Shown here in pieces: positions 12,098 to 25,232 of a stretch of 64,000 nt of DNA. The notes below the pieces were generated by a model that was not told where the DNA came from, ran no database searches, and worked only from the letters and a program-made list of their open reading frames with translations. The stretch's first letter is position 1; the number at the start of each line of letters is the position of its first letter. A program made the translations under genes and the position numbers. Source of the stretch: Camelus dromedarius (Eukaryota). Where the stretch lies: assembly GCF_036321535.1 (NCBI RefSeq), contig NC_087437.1:8928001-8992000 (forward strand). The letters are read 5' to 3'.

Positions 12098-14072
12098 ATT
12101 TTTTTAATGCGGTAAAATACACGTTACATAAAATGTACCATCTTAACCACTACAACTGTATAGTTCAGTGGAATTAAATACATTTATAATGTTGTGCAAC
12201 CATCACCATCACCCATCTCTATAACTCTTCTCATCTTGAAAAAATGAAACTCTTTCCCCATTAAACAGTAATTCCCCATTTCCTGCTCCCCCTCGCCCCT
12301 GGCAGCTATCATTCTATGTTCTGTCTCTATGGTTTTGACTACTCTTAAGTGATACAGGAAAAATAGATGTGGAGAGAGAGGATGGCCATGTCCCAGGTCT
12401 TGGCTGAATCCCTGGGACGTGCCCCGCCAAGTGTGGGTCCTCGGCTTTACATAGGAAAGAGTTCAAGAGCGAGCCACAGCTGAGTAAAAATATATTTATT
12501 TAGAGAGATAACGTACTCCATAGACAGAGTGCAGGCTGTTTCAGAAGGCAAGAGGAAGGTCAGGAGGTGTGCGGGTTGGGTGCTCTGTAGATAGACGCTC
12601 CATAGACAGAGTGCGGGCTGGCTCACTCAGAAGGAAGATCAGCCATGGGGTGTGGGGGGTTGTTAGGTATTATGGGCTCGGTGACTTCCTATGCTAACAG
12701 GTGAAAGGATTATTCCAACTACTTTGGGGAAGGGGCTGGGGTTCCCAGGAAGTGGGCCACCACCCGCTCTTTGACCTTTTATGGTCAGCCTCAGAGCTGT
12801 CCTGGCGCTCATGGGAGTGCCAGTTACCATGCTGATACATCACAATGAGTGTATAATGAAGCTCCAGGTCCACTGGAAGTCAGATCTCCTGCCATCTGGG
12901 GCCTCAAGTGCTACTGGGAGTTGACTCTTCCACCATTTTGGTGTTAACTGCTGTGTCATTCCTTGCATGGCCGTGCCCTGCCCCCTTCCCTCCTGTCTCA
13001 TAAATATCTCTGCTGAGTAGAATCATGGAGTCCTTGTCTTTTTTCTGACTGGTTTGTTTCATTCCGTGTAATGTCCTCAAGGTCCATCCATGTTACAGCG
13101 TATGTCAGAATGTCCTTTCTCTTGAAGGCTGAATAATATCCCCCTGTTTGCATAGACCGCATTTTGCTTAACCACTCAGCTGTTGATGGACACTTGGGTT
13201 GCTTCCCCATTTTAACTGTGGTGAATAATCCTGCTATGAACAGGGGTTTACAAATATCTCTTTGAGACCCCGCTTTCTATTCTATTGGTTATATACCTAG
13301 AAGTGAGGTTGTTAAATGTATTGGAGGATTGCTCACAATTGTATTTTTAGTTTTTTGATGAACCACCATACTGCTTCTCCTTGGGCGTGCATGGTCACTT
13401 CCTAATTTCCCCCATACATGGAGTTGTTTTTGAATATTCTATTTTTGAATATCTAGCTTTTAAAAGGGGGAAAAGAGAAAAAAGAAGAGTGGAAAAGGAC
13501 ACCGGCTCTTTAAATCCCCTGGAAGTTGCTGCAGTCAGATGGGGAGAGATTTGCAACAATGGGAGGAGGTACAACACCAGGTCATTGCTTTTTTTGTCTG
13601 CACCTCTACGATCAGAAGCAGCAGTCAACAATTAAAGCGCAGATCCCAGTATTTAGAGGACAGGGTACTTTTTGCCCATTCTGGTTCTCACCAGCACTGT
13701 ACACAGAGCACATGCAGAGCTGTCTGCCATGGCCGGGGGTGAGGGATGGGTGGCTGTAACCATGAGAAGAGATGAAACTGAACAAAACTAACCACAACTC
13801 CCCAGTGAAGTCTTCCCCTGGAAACTGACTTACTACCCTGGAAAACTGTTCGGTGTACTCTACCCAGTGCCCCGTGAATCGTGAACTGGTTTTTGTTTTC
13901 TTTTGGTTCAGTTTTTTTCGATCTGGTTGTTTGCAGAAGGCCCTTTTAGAGTCTACTTTTTAGACTCTATATTTCCAAAATAGTTACAACAGAAAGATCC
14001 TGCCAGTGCATCTGTCTAGGTGGTGAGATGGGTTTCTGATTCTCCCTACTCTGCCATCTTCTCAGAATCTCT
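12098..14072 (-). mobile_element. L1MB-like element: 3' end (12098-13380) joined directly to a 5' UTR (13381-14072)
   Basis: The 3' part is a clear L1 3' UTR/ORF2 C-terminus (ORF 12998-13210: KQPKCPS..EW..KM). The 5' part matches the recalled L1M4/L1MB 5' UTR ending 'ctactctgccatcttctcagaatc'. Confidence 0.7.
12350..13000 (-). mobile_element. ERV1-type solo LTR, family B, copy 2, inserted in L1
   Basis: TG...CA termini; both ends are reverse complements of 5665-6283; TSD taag/taaa (1 mismatch). Confidence 0.88.
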
Positions 14073-14717
14073 CTGTATGTCTTTTAAAAAGCCTCTTGCC
14101 AGGAATGGCTTTTTTTTTTTTTTTATAACCCAGGAATGGCTTTCTCTAGGACCTGGGCGCTATCTCACTGAAATGCAGTTTTCAAGGGAGGTAGCACCCC
14201 TACCTGAGGAAAGGTGGGAACTTGCCTCCAAGGTGTAAAATTACACCTCTTGTCATGAATCTGTGAGACAGTTTACTTTTCCTTTGGGTAAAGCTACTGA
14301 GCAAACAGATGGCTTGTGTTCCCCCTCTTACCCCAGTACTTAGAACTTCCGTGCCCTTTGATTCAGCAGAGTTGAGTTCCTGCTGACCTGGGGCCTCTCC
14401 ACCCTGTTGCAATAGCCTTGAATCCAGTCTTTCTTGTGTGTTTAGTTTTGCCTGTGCAGTTCTTGCTTGGACACTGGAAAGCATAAAGAGCTAGCAGAAA
14501 TAAGAGGAAAGAAAAGCCAAATATTAAGTGATGAAATAAACAGTATATTCACACACTAAAAATCTAAAATGGCCAAGAAACATAGGAAAGAATGCTTAAA
14601 CTAACCAAATGTTATCAAATGCAAATTATAACAACAATAAAACCTCAAACAGCAACCAGTATCCGGGCTTCACTAGGGCATAAACATGGAAATTCTCATG
14701 TATTACTTGTGGGAGTG

Positions 14718-14719
<2 letters not shown>

Positions 14720-14754
<35 letters not shown>
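14720..14754. repeat. (TG)n microsatellite
   Basis: About 17 perfect TG units. Confidence 0.97.
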
Positions 14755-14758
<4 letters not shown>

Positions 14759-14877
14759 AAGAATTGGTTGGTGTCCATCAATATTTTAAATGGGTGTGCC
14801 TTTTGTCCCAGGAATATACTTTCTAGTTATCTATCATAAAGAATTTTTTTAATTAATTAGCTATTAAAAAGAATAAT

Positions 14878-15031
14878 GGCGGGGAGGGTATAGCTGAAGT
14901 GGTAGAGCACATGCTTAGCATACACAAGGTCCTGGGTTCAATCCCCAGGGCCTCCTCTAAACATAAATAAATAAATAAACCTAATTGCACCCCCACAAAT
15001 AAATAAATAAATTAATTAATAAATAAATAAA
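14878..15031 (+). mobile_element. Vic-1-like SINE
   Basis: ggggagggtatagctgaagtggtagagc...gggttcaatcccc, followed by an (AAAT)n tail. Confidence 0.9.
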
Positions 15032-16217
15032 ATACAATAGAAATCATTTGTTAAAATATTTAATGAGAAAATACTTACCTTTTAATGACAAAAAGAAAGT
15101 TAAACATTTCAGAAGGAAAGTCTTATCCTAAATTGAAAAACGACTGAACAGAAATGAAGTACGCAAAATGTTAAGCATGCTGGATTCAAGGAATTAATTT
15201 TGATTATATTCTTTATGTATTTTTAATATTCTCTGTTATTTCCCCTATTAGTTTTACAATCAAAAACATTAATAAATTGTGGGAGCAGAAGTATAAAATC
15301 AAATAAATTCTCTTGGAGTACTGATTCACATCCAAATATCTTTGCTTCAGTATGGACTGTTTACTGTTACTTTCCGGTCACTGCCCAGAAATGAGTGAGC
15401 TCTCAGATGTAACATCTTAAGTGTGGCACTTGAAATACAAGACTTTCCATCAGCCATCCTCATTTCACCTCTAGAGAAAAAAAGAAAGAAAGGGAGAAAA
15501 AGAGCATACCCTCAAAATAGCGTTCACCTTACCTTGATATCAGCATCGTTGCCTAAAGAAGATTCTCAAATCTCGCCTTTTCTTCTCCTTTTAAAGGCCA
15601 CTCATTGCAGGATGGGATGTTTCCCACCAGTGTGTACAATCTCAAGACTCAGAAATAAGGAGCATCTTTCTAAATATTACATGTACGTCTGATGGAGCCC
15701 GGGGGTTTGTTTCATCCTTGGTGTGCGCCGACTTTCATCGCCTTCCCTCTCCTGAGGCGTGGTGACGCCTGCAGCCTGTAAAGCACAAGGCGCGTTGTGG
15801 ACACCCTGATAAATATTAAATGACGATGGCTGTAATAACAGAGCAGAGCCCTGTCTTTGCAGCTGTATAATTTCTCCCTTGCATTGTGTGCCTCCTCAGA
15901 CAGCTGTCACATCCTTGCTTTCAGAGGCAGAGATTCCTTGGCAAATTAAGGCTTGAGAGGAGCACATGACATCCTCATGTCACTGTGGGAGTGTGAGATG
16001 TGAATGCCTACAGCCACACACGTCACTCAGAAACACATTGACTACTTGGCCAATTCAATCACTTGTACGGATATGCCATCCAGAGAGGTTATGTGATGCC
16101 CCAACTGCTGGCCAGATCCAGGGGGGACAAAAGCCCAGCCCACGTGAGAACTTTCAGTCAGCACATTTTAGCGAAACTATATTAATTTAATAATCATGTG
16201 GTTTTAGATAAATACTT

Positions 16218-16377
16218 TTTTGTGTTTTTATTTTGGGGGGGAGGTAATTAAGTTTCTTTATGTATTTTTAAATTAATTTTTTATTTCTTTATTTTTTACT
16301 GGAAGTACTGGGGTTTGAACCCAAGACCTTATGCATGCTAAGCACACATTCTACCGCTGATCTACACCCACCACCTT
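16218..16377 (-). mobile_element. Vic-1-like SINE
   Basis: Reverse tRNA-like head; TSD taaatactt (16209-16217 / 16378-16386). Confidence 0.88.
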
Positions 16378-16818
16378 TAAATACTTCTAAACACGCAATT
16401 CAATGAATTTATTTATTGAAGAACTGAGTAGATGTTATTAACATCAGCATCAGATTTTAAGGAATTGATAATGCTATCAAGACTTCCATTTTCCTGGTAT
16501 GGCACTAAGTACTTTCCACGAATTTTCTTGTTTAATGTTCCAGCAAAACCTTCAAAAGGTAGACCTAATGCTGTACGCTACTACACTTGGAAAAATCTAG
16601 GCCAGGAAAATGGAAGCAGTTTGCCACATGTAATGAACAAGAGGAGGAGTCCAATTCGGTTTCCTGGGACGCCAGAGTTTTCCTGAGGTTTGGGGGGAAT
16701 ACTTTTAGAAGAGAAAGAAGACTTTAACAATAATATTAATCTTTCACTTATTTTTTTTTTAAATGTGTACTAAGTATCTCTTATTCAAGGCCTAGCAGGA
16801 AATAAGCATAACCAAAAA

Positions 16819-16851
<33 letters not shown>

Positions 16852-17993
16852 CAAATTCTTGTGCTTCAAAATCCATTTCTTAGAACCATTTTTCAAGTGA
16901 TAATTCTATTCAAATTACAACAAAACCTACAGATGAGAAAGTGCCCCTGCCCAATAATAAAGAAATGGTTTAAAGCCACAGAATGGAATATTTGTCAACC
17001 ATTAAAATTGAGTGTCACAAAGGCTAATAAACTCAAAATGCTGACTATCTGACAGAAAATAAGAAAAGCATTTGTGTATAAACTGACTGACTGCATGATG
17101 CTGAAAAAAAGCTGAATTGGAAATAAAATTGAAAAAAATACAAATTGTATGTTAGATTGTTAAGATTATGAGTGTTTCTCTTTGATGTTTCAATAATTTC
17201 TAAAAATTTGTTATGGTAATTTTATGATAGAAAGCATTTTAAAGAGTGATCCATTATCAATCAAGTCGATCAGCTTCTTTGTTCTAAATGACGGTCACAT
17301 TAAACTATGATAACTAAAGTTTAAATTAATCATATATTTTATTTCTCAAATAGCAAATTGAGTCAGCAAAAAGAACAGTCATGATTACTGTATTTTGCTG
17401 TATCATTGGCTACATTCATTTGCAGAGTATATTTTCTTGGATGACACATTTCTAACTGTGTGCTGCCTCAAAAATTATTTTGCTAAAAGGGAGAGAATTT
17501 TAGGAATTTTCATGATGATTTATACAGTTTCTGATTTACAGTTTACTGGCGCTTTATGTTTTAATTAACTGGCCATTGAAACTGTATTTTAGTACACTAA
17601 TTGAAAAAAAAGTCATCAATTTCCACACTTAGCCATGCAGTTATGAATTTCATTGTCTCTTTCATGAGATTCAGGAGTTTCCAATTAAGACAATGATTTT
17701 AATCCGTGAATTTATGAGGCATTTCCTAAGCTTTCCTTGGTTTCTACTACACTGCATAATAAACTAGATTGTAAAGGCAAACCACATCATGAAGAAAAAT
17801 AATTATCACCTTGTCTTAAGAATGGAAACATATTCATATAGAAGCTCCTCATAGTAGGGTTAGGAGGACCTGTTGTGAATCCTTGGGGTTCAGAGACAGG
17901 CCCGCAGACAAATCCCCTGGAAGTTAAGGGGGCAGACAATGGTGGGCAGGAAGGGCTTTGGGAGGAAAAAGGGATGTCAAAATTCCATCTTTG

Positions 17994-18134
17994 GTGGGGA
18001 GGATGTAGCTCAGTGGTAGAGCACATGCTTAGGATGCATGAGGTCCTGGGTTCAATCCCCAGTGCCTCCTCCAAACACAAACATATAAATAAAACCAATT
18101 ACCTCCCCTTCATAAAACAAACAAACAAAAAAGG
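17994..18134 (+). mobile_element. Vic-1-like SINE
   Basis: Intact A/B boxes; TSD caaaa(t/c)tccat(c/g)tttg (17978-17993 / 18135-18150). Confidence 0.92.
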
Positions 18135-19779
18135 CAAAACTCCATGTTTGTAGTGCATAAGTCATTTTTTAAAGTATTTAATCTAATGCTGGCAACATGA
18201 TATTAAGTCATCGCTAAAACAACATCTATAATAAAACTTGTAAACTAGAAATGCTTGTTTAAATTAAGCACTTAGACTGGGCAAGAATGTCTTTTATTAC
18301 TGAAACTGGAGAACTAAGTACTGTTCTTGATTTCTCAGGTTTGGGTGAGCACCAACTATTTATCTACCTATCCATCTGTCTTTCTGTCTGTCCATCCATC
18401 CATCCATCGACCACCCCTTAATCGATATCTATATTCCTACAAATCATCTTTCTTTCCAGTTACTATTTTCTTCTGTCATTCTCTCATTTACATATTGAAA
18501 ATAAATGTATTCCTCCTTTAAGTCGCAAGCAGTTATAATAGTTTGTGAGAGAAATTATTTATCTTTTCTTCAACCTTCAAGTTAACAATTTCTTTAAAAC
18601 ATTCACTTTGAAAATGTCTACATTAATCCCTTTGCTCAACTGCTAATACCGAAACAATGGTTCCAATTTCTTTCAATTGTTTCCCTTCATAATCCTTAGA
18701 CTACCTACAGAAGGAGATACTGCCTTTTAAAAGTAGTTTTGTGAGATAACTAATCTTACTTTGCCATTCTTAGGTTTGACTATTAGCATAAATCTTACTA
18801 TGAAGAAATTAATAGAGGCTGATGAATACTTTATAAACATAGAGGACAGATTTATCATTCTGTTCAGAGAGGAGAGTGCATGACTATCCCACTGCTGATT
18901 TAAAATGCAATGGTTGAGATGTCGACAGAGACAGAATTGAGTTATATCAAGGTGCTGTGTGTCACTGTGCTAGCCAGGGTATCTAATGTAATTTGTTTGT
19001 TATAGTGTTTATGAAACATTCCATCTGGCACAATATGCCTCTAAGACAGAAGGTGCTGGCATATTAAAGATGCAAGCATCTCCCATGTGATACTCACCCA
19101 TTTTTTTATTTCAGCAGAAAGGAAGGCACCTTTGGAAAACAGGGAAGAGATTAGCAAACTCAGACATGTGACTCAGGTGTAAGTTTGAGGACTACTGCAT
19201 TGACAACACATCGAGATATTTTAATAGGAATTAGGATTTTTTGTTTTGAAGCTGAAAGCAAATAAACCGAAGAGACTTTTTTTCTTTCTATTCATGGAAA
19301 GGGTATCTTTTACATTGCCTGGCTGATTTTCATTTTAAGTAAAAAGGATGTGTAAAGCAAAAATTGCAATGTCAGAAAAAGATATATTAACTGTGTAAAT
19401 TTTCAGGAAGAGTCTGAGAAAGAAAAATAATCCATTATAGGCCCAAATTTCTGGAAAAAAAACAAAAGAATTACTAGACGGTCATTGATTGCATTTCATG
19501 GATCTTTTAGCAATTTGCAGTGAATGCTATCTTAAGACACTCACACCGTTGTTTAACTTGATACAATTTATTTTTTTAACTGTAAGTTGCAGGGTGATGC
19601 GATATAGAATTGAAAGGAGGAAATGGCATCATTCTGTTGAAGGAGAGAAGAGTTAAACGTTCTATTTTACATGCTAGGGCTTGTCGAAACTAAAAGGACT
19701 TTCCCGTTCTCAATGAGAATGATTCTGAAATTATCACTATTTGACATGATACTGTGTGGGAGGAGTCTGGCATCTCAAA

Positions 19780-19940
19780 CACATCATCTCATTTCATCCT
19801 CAAAACAAATCTTAAGAGGATGTAATTATTACCCCAGTGTGACCCAGGCGGAAATTGAGGTTAAAAGAGGTTAAGCAATTATTCAAGCTTGGCTTCACCA
19901 CATGGAACGTCTGACTCCAAATTCTATGTCCTTTCCATTG
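19780..19940 (-). mobile_element. MIR
   Basis: 'tcatcctcaaaacaa...ggaaattgaggttaaaagaggttaagcaatt' is the MIR core. Confidence 0.6.
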
Positions 19941-21104
19941 AGAATCTCTGAGATGGAATATTCCAGGAAGAAGTCATACAATGGAAGCATTTGGGGAACA
20001 TAGGAATAAAAATATTCTAAACCCATTAGAAGCTCAGGGGTTTCCCTGACAAAATTATTCAGTCTTACTTCCCTGAGTTGAAATCTGAAGACTTCATCAA
20101 ACACAAATCCAGTGACTTTGCCTCTAAAACGCAATCCCAACAGATGGGCACCTCTGGCAAGGCTCCGCATCTGAGACTCACACGTCCTTGACTTTGTAAC
20201 ACCTAAAACGAACCCTGTTTTCTGTTGACTTCATTTTCCTCTTTGCCAAAGTGTTATTCCATTTAAACATTTCCGTTGTTGGCAAGATCCCCTTATGATA
20301 ATAAACTTGGCATTCTCCCTCCTTTCTGGTATTTCGTGTCTTTTTTTTTTTTCTCTACCAACTCTGGCCATGTCTCATGTACTACATTTCACAGAAAGAC
20401 GACTTCTTTTTCAGACCTATGGTAAAAAAGAGAAATTTTTCATTTCAAATAGTTTTCTGAACCCCTTCTACTCCTCATAGGTCTTTCTTGACGTCAGTCA
20501 CCTGCTGTCTATAAGGCACGGGGTCTCCCCTGGTCAGGATAATATTAAAATTTTCTTACACAATCAGAACCATACTCCTTATGCACTGCAGCCTTCATCA
20601 ACTTCTCTGACATAATCATTTCAACTGCTTGTCAAATCAAATGAAGATTCCCTCTTGGCCTTTCAATTTCTCACACATTTAACAATTTGACCCCCATCCC
20701 TTGTGTAACGGCTGCCTTAATATCTCAGCACATCGGTTCTCTGATCTTCTGCAAGATAAACTCTATCTGCCTCTTCTCTTTTTTATGCACTTTATAAGTC
20801 CCAATTGCTAGCAACCTCAATGGTAATACTAGCTAGTAATTATTAGTACACATTTTATTAGGTGTTTTATAGACGTTATATCACATAATCATTAAAACAA
20901 CTCTGTGAGGAAGAATGAAAGCATAACGGTGTATGAATAATAATGAAACAATTAAAGGTGTGACCTGTAACATAGTAAGAAGGGGAGCAGGTCCTTGATC
21001 TGTTGTTTTCTATTATTTAAAAAAAAATAGGTTCAAGAAAATCTGCAAATAAATTCAAATTCAAAAGCAAACTTGCCAGTCCCTAACAAGCATAACCACA
21101 CTTT

Positions 21105-21410
21105 TTTTTTTGAGGTAAAACTTACATGCAGTGAAATGTACAAATCTTAAGTGAATTTTAGTAAATGCATATACACAGTAAACTATAACCCTTATCAAGA
21201 TGAAAATATTTCTATCACCCCACAAAATTCCCACATGCTCCTTCCAGCCAATCCCCACCAACATAAATGGATAAATGGTCAGTGTTCTAATTTCCAGTTT
21301 TACCTCGTCCTGAATTTTATGTGGATTGAATCATACAATGTGCAATGGCTTCTTTCTCTTAACAATGCCTTTGAGATTCATCCATGTTTCACCTATATTA
21401 TTTGCTGGGT
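21105..21410 (-). mobile_element. Old L1 (L1ME/MC-like) 3' fragment
   Basis: Poly(T) followed by 'gaggtaaaacttacatgcagtgaaatgtacaaatcttaagtg...tttgagattcatccatg'. Confidence 0.65.
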
Positions 21411-22574
21411 ATTAAAATGCTGGCTTTATGGTGCACGGACCAGCCTATAAAGCAGTTGTGAGGAAAGAGGGTAAAGCTCAGCCAGCACGTTGGGATGGGT
21501 GGACATCTGTCAACACTGGGAAGACATCATAAGCTTTGCTACACTCTGGGAAGCTGGTCGGCAAATGTGTGAATGGAGCTGGAAGAAACTAACCCTGGCA
21601 TAAGGTCATGACTTTGGAGTCTTAAAGAGAATGAAAGATAACTTGAAAAACTAATCCTGAGAGCACAGCTCCGCTCTGCCTGGATTATAGTGATATTACA
21701 CAGCAGTGATTCAGGTGGAGCTCCCATTTTTAGAAATGCATCTTCCAAACTGGAGAGTCAGAGGTGGATTCTCTTTCCTTTAGTCAACTGCCTGCTGCCA
21801 AGAGGTCACAAGTGGAAAAGATAGTCACAAACCGGTACTCTTATCCTGAGAATCCGAATGCCATTAAAATTTTGAATCTGAGTCAATGCAGACAGAGCCA
21901 TGAAAAATAATGAAAGTATCTGGCTATGAAATTTGCATGACCACCTGCCCTCGCCTTGCGGGGAACCAAGCTATCTTTCTTGTAATCTTGGGCGTTGCTC
22001 ATACATCTTGTGCTGAGACTATTTGTTTCAATTAAGGCATAGCCTGTAACTTATTCATATGTTTTCTGCAGCAAGTCGCATCCTGCCTGGTACAGAAAAT
22101 CCTCAAGAAATATTTCTTCTTAACATTGACTCAGAAAGATAAGCTATAGGAATTGAGATCTTTTTTTCCTGACTCAAAGAAGAAAGTGATATTAAAACAG
22201 ATGATTTCATCTGTCACAACTTGACAGCATATAGAAGTACTACGGCTATTAATACCAAATAGAACTTTATACCAAATAGAAATATTTTAACTATTAATAC
22301 TAAAGGATTATTCTCCCATTCTAGTATGTCAGGATAAAAGGGTTTACCATTATACCAAAAAGGATTTTCATAAATTATGTAAGCACTTCCTGACCAAACA
22401 TGTGAGTTAATAGAACACATCCACGAAAGAGATTGGAGAAACTGTTTTAGAGTTAAAAAAAATAATACATACATATGTACATATCTATACATGGGCACAG
22501 ACATATATAAGGATGGTTTAGGCAGAGTGTCATATTTTCTGGACGAAAATAATGGGACTAAGTGATTTTATTTT

Positions 22575-22798
22575 ATTTTATTTTATTTTATTCACATATT
22601 TATTTTTATTGAAGAACAGTCAGTTACAATGTTGTGTCAATTTCTGGTGCACAGCACAATGTCGCAGTCATGCATATACATGCATATATTTGTATTCATT
22701 TTTTTTCATTAAAAATTATCACAGGATATTGAACATAGTTCCCTGTGCTATACAGAAGAAACTTTTTAAAATCTATTTTTATATATAGTGGCTAACAC
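22575..22798 (-). mobile_element. Lineage-specific L1 3' UTR stub
   Basis: Same family as 27650-28024 and 58315-58775; flanked by tgatttt(a/g)tttta TSD. Confidence 0.8.
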
Positions 22799-23284
22799 TG
22801 ATTTTGTTTTAAATAGTATAACATACATGCTTCAATTATTGGGAAGATAAGATATGAAATAAAGTTATATGTATCCCTCATAGTTACACCACCAAACACA
22901 ACCACTGGGCCAACTTCTATTGTCATGTTCTGTTGCATACTGTGAAATTCCAAATTCTATTCATGACCCAATTCCTTTTTTTCTTTGTTACTATCTTTTC
23001 TTACTCATAGCAAGAACTCTGTCACTGTGTGTGATATATGGATGATATTATTTCATCTTAAATTTGAAAATCCTTGGGCCATTTTCAAATTACATATGTA
23101 TTCTGTTGGGATGCAAAATATTTTAAACATCAGTAAGTAGTTTTAAATTTTACCCCAAAATCTTGTCTATCTTTAATCTCATTTCCAGTGCCTAGTAATA
23201 TTTGACAACATATTAAGGCACACAAAAGATCTTCAGTGGTGAAAATGTTTTAACTTTTTTAACTCAGCACTTCCTATGTAATAA

Positions 23285-24050
23285 TTTAATTCATTCCTTC
23301 ATCTGAAAATATTTATTTACTGCTTACCATCTGAAAAATACTGTGTGAGGCAGTAGAAATACAACATAAAAAAACAAACTTAGGGGAAGGGACAGCTCAG
23401 TGGTAGAGCACATGCTTAACAAGCATGAGATCCCGGGTTCAATTCCCAGTACCTCCTCTAAAATAAATAAATAGACCTAATTACTTCCCCTCCACCAAAA
23501 GAAAGAAAGAAAGAAAGAGAGAAACAAAGCAAGCAAGCAAATGTAGACACTATCCTCCTGGAGCTTATATCTTAAAAAGGTACACAGTAATTAATAGAGT
23601 ACTCAGTTTCTTATAGTATTTGTAATAACTGCAAGGAGAAAAGACAGAGAATAATGAAGTCATGTAGCAGTGACCTAGTCTTGTTTTGAGTTAGGGTTGG
23701 GAGAGACATCAAGGGAGCTCTTTGAAGCAATGTTCAATTGGACTCTGAAGGGTAAGTAGAGGATACTCAGATTAATAAGGAAGAGAAGTACCCCATTGAA
23801 GAACATCATATGCAAAGGCCCTGAGGCAGAAAAAAGCAAGTCACAATCAAGGAACTGAGAAAGGCCAGGATACCTGAAACAGAAAGTATGTAAGATCCAT
23901 GGTCAAAGGAGGGAAGGAAAACTCAGATTATGTATGAGCAAGGAGGACGTGAACAATGTAAAGCCACTGAGGGATTTTGAGCAGGGGACTCACATGCTAT
24001 AACAGATGTAACATGTTTCATCTTCATGGCTTACTCTAGCTGCTTTGAGT
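23285..24050 (-). mobile_element. L2 fragment, host of a SINE
   Basis: 'attcattccttcat...', 'tgcaaaggccctgaggcag', 'agccactgagggattttgagcagggg' are L2 motifs. Confidence 0.65.
23383..23540 (+). mobile_element. Vic-1-like SINE
   Basis: ggggaagggacagctcagtggtagagc...gggttcaattcccagtacctcc, tail with (GAAA)n. Confidence 0.9.
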
Positions 24051-25041
24051 AGGGGTTTCATGTCTACTTATATAATAAGCTAGTGATCCATACAAAGTCC
24101 CTCCTGGTCCAGGCTAACAAATTTCTTGATAACTTATTTAAATTTTGTCAATGAAAGTTTAAGTAAGAAAAAAAAAATGTTGTAGAGCATGATTCCATGA
24201 TCCTATTTATATAATTTTTTTAGAAATTTCAATTAAGCACTTTGTTGTTCAAAGATGCATATATATATATATGCATATATATATATATTTTTTAATGGTT
24301 TTATATATATATATATATTTAAAAATTTATTTAAAAAATTATTAACTCAGCATTCAGAAAAGTGGTTCCTTCTGGCCTGGCAAAGGCAATTGTATGGAAG
24401 AGGACAAGGCTGGGAGGGTTACAGTGGTGTTGGTAATGGTCTAATGCATAGAGAATACATTAATGTCTATTTTACTATTCTTTGAGGTATATACATACTT
24501 TATATGCACTCTTTGTAAGACATATTTCACAATTTTTAAATGCCTTTTAAAAAAATGCACCAAAGCAGGATGATTAAAAAATCAGATAAAAAGCTACTGG
24601 AATTTTCTAGGAACGAGGTGAGGGTATCTTGTCTTGGGGAGACAGAAGAATGCATAGCTAAAGACATATGCAAAGCATGAATTTTTTTCAACAGTGTTTG
24701 TTGCTTTACTATTGTGATTGAGTGAGACTAATTTTCTAGAATGATTCCCTATTTATGACCTTGTCAACTTAATGGATGCTGGAACCAATTATAGAAAAAA
24801 GAAATACTGAAGTTGGTTTAAAATAATTTTTACTGACATGGCTCAGATAACTTAGACCAAATATATATTTAGCTCCGTGAACATTTGCTAAAGAAATGAG
24901 ATTTTTGCGCATGTATAATGTTACTCATCCATGATTAGAATCGCTAATCCTAGTAATTTTGCTAGGTTGCAAACTTTGGTATGGAGTCCATAGCGTACAT
25001 TAGTTTTCATGTGTATACAAGCAAACATGCAAATATAATCT

Positions 25042-25161
25042 CCCTCCCTTTCTTTCCTTCTTTCCTTTCTTTCTTTCCTTCTTTCCTTCTTTCCTTCTTT
25101 CCTTTCTTTCTTCCTTTCTTCCTTTCTTCCTTTCTTCCTTTCTTCCTTTCTTCCTTTCTTC

Positions 25162-25232
<71 letters not shown>

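Larger units (their letters stand above)
11958..14472 (+). mobile_element. Old ERV1 LTR (MER34/MER39-like), split by an L1; pieces about 11958-12095 and 14073-14472
   Basis: '...gccccttggagatatatg' continues as 'cttttaaaaagcctcttgccag...acccaggaatggctttctctaggacctggg' and ends 'gcaatagccttgaat...gcttggaca', like recalled MER34-group LTRs. Confidence 0.55.

Noticed and set aside
4643..13000. Intact or partial provirus between LTR pairs
   Set aside because: The paired LTRs are inverted, each has its own TSD, and no PBS, PPT or gag/pol/env similarity was seen.
14099..14143. ccaggaatggcttt direct repeat around poly(T) as a miniature retro-insertion with TSD
   Set aside because: The intervening 'ttttataac' appears to be native MER34-like LTR sequence as I recall it, so a local duplication with T slippage is simpler.
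15340..15475. Minus-strand exon-like ORF with an EGF-like 'MADGKSC' motif
   Set aside because: The other EGF cysteines are absent, there is no strong donor, and no partner exons were found.
13512..17926. Shared 16-mer aaatcccctggaagtt at about 13512 and 17910
   Set aside because: No similarity extends beyond the word; compatible with chance.
17994..18072. tRNA-Ala-like sequences (here and in seven other copies) as real tRNA genes
   Set aside because: Each has a SINE tail, substitutions that disrupt the cloverleaf, and usually a TSD; they are SINE heads.
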